Source: Octopus sinensis (Eukaryota). From it: DNA of 64,000 nt. The notes below the pieces were generated by a model that was given only the letters and a program-made list of their open reading frames with translations, was not told the DNA's origin and searched no databases. Where the stretch lies: contig NC_043000.1 of NCBI RefSeq assembly GCF_006345805.1, positions 74,152,001 through 74,216,000 of the forward strand, read 5' to 3'. The translations under genes were made by a program, and so were the position numbers. Shown here one piece after another: positions 59,396-64,000 of this stretch (within the stretch, counting starts at the first letter, position 1; every line of letters starts with the position of its first letter).

Positions 59396-62099
59396 GTAAA
59401 TATAATTTCTATAAATATTTTTAATGACGTGAAAATTTTTCTCTTTGTCACAAGAAGTCAAATGCACTTAGTTTCTTGAATTCATTTCAGTATATGTTTT
59501 TCAAATATTTTTCAAGTTCTGAAGCTAATTAGAACCCTTTTACTACATAAACCACACAGCTCTATTTCTCCTGCAGCATCATAAAATCTCTATGTCAACC
59601 ACCACCCCATACTAACAAATATACTACAGCACCTCACCATACTATCTCCTGTTGAACTGCCACACATCTCCACAGTACACCTATCATACTGCACCATACC
59701 CTCTTCTGGCTAACCATCATTCTACACTCTCTTCAGCCTATCCTCAATATCATCTCTGTCTCTAATGATATAATACTGTACTATTTGCTTATACTTCTGT
59801 TACAATACCTTCAGCTCTGCCAATTTTCAGTTGATGATCAGTGATTAGAAAGGTTAGTGGTTTTCATTAGGATATAGTGTAACATCATTATATTCTTTAC
59901 AAGAATAAGGGATTTCTATTCTGTTAACCTAAATAACGGCATAGATAACTAAAGTTGTCAAAATAATTGATTTAAATAGAGATTTGTGTGTTCAATACTG
60001 AATCCATAAATTGACATAGTGTACTACTTCTTGGAGGCACAAATCTCTAAATCATATATTAGAATGTGTGAGAGAATTTTCAAGAGATGGTATTTAAACC
60101 GTAAGTCCATCTTTATAGCAATTCAAATACCATAGAATCTGATAGATCACAGCATCGATAGCTTTAGTATCACTTCATCTATACAGAATACCAGTAAATT
60201 ACTTCTGTGTTGAAGTTCTTCATTGTCAGTTCTCCAGTCATCTTGGTGGAAAGTGTGTGGAACCTGTTGGAGCAGTCATTCCTGTTCTTGGGTAGTAGAC
60301 TTAATAAGCCTCCCAGTTTAGCACTACTATGTTTGCATTGGCATATGTTGCATATATTGGCAGATTCTCTGTTCAGAAGTTAACTTCCTTTCACTATCTG
60401 AAGAGAGTAATTGTCACTGCCTCTTCTCCTTTGCGCCATTTAAAAAATATAGTATGTCTACTGTCACATGATTAAGTGCTACCTTGGTTGTCTACTGTCA
60501 CACAATTAAGTGCTACTTTGGTAATAATAGAACTATTGAATCAGAATGTAAACTACTGTGCAACAAGAAATCTGTAGACTTACATCCAATTATGCAAAAT
60601 ACTTTTCGTTGCTATTATGTTAAAGTGTGGTATGTCCAATGCATTTTTTTCAATATTTAATTTTGCTTGCAATAGCTGGTTCTTTTGGTCAAACTATTGT
60701 ATCTGCAGCTGCTTCAGATGAAAATTGCCAAAGTTTAGTACAACAGTTTAACATTTTCCAAAAGTGTACTAAGTCCCACATATGACAGTTTTGCAAAAAT
60801 ATTTCTGACTGAAAATATTATACATGCATGGAGTTACGATTTTATGTACCCAACAAAGTATTATTGTTAAGCTGAAACTGTTGCTAATGTAAAAAGAAAT
60901 GGAATGGTGAAACTATTTTTTTTGTTTTGTGAAAAAGCAACGTTTTGGACTTAGGCCACTTTTGCATAATAGCTATGATTTCAAGTCAGTGAAAGTTACA
61001 AATGCTGATGACATGGAATAAGTAAGTATTTGTTTTGCCAGCTAACTTTGTTTGAGGATTGTGTGAGTATTTGTGTATGTTTGAAGAGCTAGATATGAAC
61101 TAGAGGCCACTCTCAATTAAATGACCAAAGACTATGTTATACATTGAGAATAAGTATATAAAATGATTCATAACATGTAACTGTATGTCTTGGTACCATC
61201 AGCTTTGGCATGATTTCTACAGTTGGATGCTCTTCATAACACCAACCACTTTACAGAGAGTACTGATTGCTTTTTACATGGCACTAGTACTGTTGAGTGG
61301 AGGTCACCAAGTAATTTGAAAGACAAAGGCCCCTCGACTGAGAGGAAGTATTTGCATTGAGGGAGGTGGCTTTGTGCCAGGAAATGAAAAAGTAAACAAT
61401 GATAGAGGAGCAGAAACAGGTATCTTGTTGTAGAGGAGTTGTATAGCTACTCCAGTTGGGAAGAGTGAGAGAGAGAGAGGATGATGAAGAGGTCTCTGAG
61501 CATACAAGGTACAAGGAAGTGAATGTAAGTGGAGTGGTACAGATGATTGGACAGGGTAAGTAGGGAGTTCATGAGAATGTGAAAGAAAGAGGAGGAGAAA
61601 GGAAATGCAGTGAGTGGCAAACATGTGAATATAGGGGAGTGGCCAGATAGCAATAGTACAGTTGTCAGGAGGAGGACAGGAGAGAGAGAGAAAGATGACA
61701 AAGCAGTCTTGGGTTGCAGCAAGTGGAGAACAGACAAGTGTAGTGTATGATGTAGTTTGGTACATTGAGATGTGTGTGAATTAATGTAATATGTGGGTGG
61801 AGAGCACATAATACACACCACTTCCTGAACTCAGTTTTGCTGCGGTGAACATGTCTTCTCAAGAACCTCATATTGCCTGATGTCTTGATCCATTGTCATC
61901 TCCTCCATGAGGTTCAACATTTTGAGACTATCATCCTCTGTCTTGCTGGATTTCCTTCTTCTGCAGGTTCCTTCTACTTTAAACATTTGGAATTTCTGTC
62001 CTCATTCATATGCATCACATTACCAAACCTTTGTAGTTTTTTTTCTTGTATGCTACATGTGATTCCTCTTATGCCTAACTTTTCTCTCGAATATTTGCA

Positions 62100-64000
62100 C
62101 TTTGTCATACATGCACACTAATGTAGCATATCCATTGGAGCATATTAGCTTCATTTCTCTCCAATCTTAGCATGATGTCTGCATTCAGGGCCCATGTCTC
62201 ACTGCCACAAGTATCATATATATGTGCGAACATATGTATAAAATCTTCTGAGAAGGCAGCAGTGATTGGGTAGGTAGTGTAGGCATACTTCTACCTGAGA
62301 AATGTGTGGATAAGGTGATTGAGGTAGTCAGAGTATGCAATAGAGTACTTAAGCTTAGACTAGTTTTGCAAAATAGTACAACAACAATTATCTCTTCAAA
62401 TGGGTCTGCCAAATTAACAAAAGAATTGCTTTTATGATATTCTTTTGCTGACCACCTCAAAAACCAACAACAGAGACCTGTTTGTGGCTGGTGACTTCAA
62501 TGGACATGTTGGACAGCAACCATGTGTCTTCAGTGGTCTGCTTTGAGGCCATGGAGTTGGTTCCTGTAATGAGGAGGGAACAAAGCTTCTGGATTTCTGT
62601 GAGGCAAATAATCTAATGATCTGCAGTACCAACTTCAGGTAGCTTGCTAGTTACCTGGTAACCAATCAATCAGGTGGCCAAGCTAGGCAAATTGATTACA
62701 TTGTCACTAGAAAGTGAGGTACATAGCTACTCAAAAATGCAATGACTCCCTAGTGAAGAATGTACCCCACAGCATAGGTTAGTCATTAAACAACAGTAGA
62801 TCAGTCTGGAAAAGAAAGATCTGGAAGCTTAAGGATCCTTTGAATAATCAGAGATTTAGAGATGTCCTAACTGAAACATTTAATGAGGAGCAGGAGTTAA
62901 AGACAGAGGATAACTGGAAGTTTCTATGAAACAACTTACTGAGAGCCACAGACCTAATTTGTGTGTAGTGTATGTAGGTTGTAGTTTAGTGTTTCTTATG
63001 AATTCTGCCAAATGCAAGCTTTCTTTTCAGGTACATGACACTCTGTCCCTTATCCCAGGGTCTCACAGGTCTGCACCTCCAACACCCTCAGAGTTGGCAC
63101 ACTGAAAGGTAGGCCTGGTGAGATTGTTGAGATGCTTGAATGGAGACGTGTAGATTTGTGCTGCATCCAAGAAGTAAGGTGAAGAGGAGGTTCCACTAGG
63201 TTCCTCACAGGCAAAGAACACAGGTACAAGATTTTCTGAGCAGGGAACACTGACGGGGTCGGGGGCGTGGGTATACTTCTTGCAGAGAAAAGGGTTGATA
63301 AGGTAATTGAGGTAGTCAGAGTATGTGACAGAGTACTTAAGATTAGATTAGTGCTTTGCCATAGGTCAGCTACCATTATCTCGCCCTATGCCCCTCGACC
63401 AGAGCTACCAGAGGGGCAGAAAGACCAATTCTATGATACCCTATTGCAGACTACCTCATTGGCAAATGACAGAGACCTTCTCTTTGTGGCTGGTAACTTC
63501 AATGGACATGTTGGATGACATGTCAGGGGCTTCCATGGCGTACATGGAGACTATGATTTTGGTTCTCGCAATGAGGAGGGAACCAGGCTGCTGGAGTTCT
63601 GCGATGCAAATGATCTTATGGTTTGCAATACCAACTTCAGGAAACTTGCCAGTCACCTACTGTTCTGGCAGACACACTAGCCAAATTGACTACCTCCTCG
63701 CCAGAAAAGGGAAAGAGGGCTGCTTATAAATGCCAAAACCTTCCCAGGCAAAGAATGTACCCCTCAACATAGATTAGTAGTTAGCGACTTCAGGATCAGG
63801 GCTAAATGGATGCCCAGAAGAAACCAGCTTGGAGGAGAAGGGTCTGGAAGCTTAAAGATCCTGCAAATGGACAGAGATTTAGAGACGTATTACTCAAAGC
63901 CTTCAATGAAACAGAAGGGGATATAGCATCACATAATGTAGAAGACAACTGAAGGTTTCTACGGGACAACCTGCTGAGGGCCACTGACCAGATCTGTGGA
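62100..64000 (+). mobile_element. Two tandem RTE LINE 5' portions (APE endonuclease), decayed
   Basis: GVGILLAEK...RVCDRVL...YAP...KDQFYD...GNFNGHVG in 63267-63518; an older duplicate at ~62270-62950. Confidence 0.8.

Noticed and set aside
60676-60785. Next NCAPG2 exon after 59395
   Set aside because: It has an acceptor-like aatAG, but the phase-1 translation (AGSFGQTIV...) does not resemble the expected ILxxLP...WW segment and hits a stop; the exon probably lies beyond the window.

Overview
AT-rich, repeat-dense eukaryotic DNA, most likely a coleoid cephalopod such as Octopus. That assignment is inferred from the tRNA-head SINE, RTE and CR1-like repeat families; no database search was run. 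Two spliced host genes appear to be transcribed divergently. On the + strand is NCAPG2 (condensin II subunit G2), with coding exons at 16499-16576, 55889-56029 and 59278-59395 and a ~39 kb first coding intron packed with transposons. On the - strand is an unidentified small gene (putative exons 6617-6695, 3873-3889, 3523-3715). Each gene is preceded by one copy of a nearly identical, inverted octamer-containing CpG-rich module (6739-6868 and 15663-15755), and a ~2 kb palindrome (13606-15587) lies between them. The rest is mobile DNA: Penelope-like elements (PLEs) of at least two clades, including a near-complete Naiad-type element inside a SINE; CR1/L2-group LINEs whose ORF1 appears to combine a Myb/SANT-like and a CCCH domain; RTE LINEs; an internally deleted Gypsy; piggyBac derivatives; Helitron pieces; mariner relics and MITEs. 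The main hidden signal is a set of 11 hammerhead-ribozyme-like motifs from about 6 structural families, folded by eye. Several have unusually long or branched stem II, and two lie on the sense strand of the NCAPG2 intron. One 100-N assembly gap is at 37933-38032.
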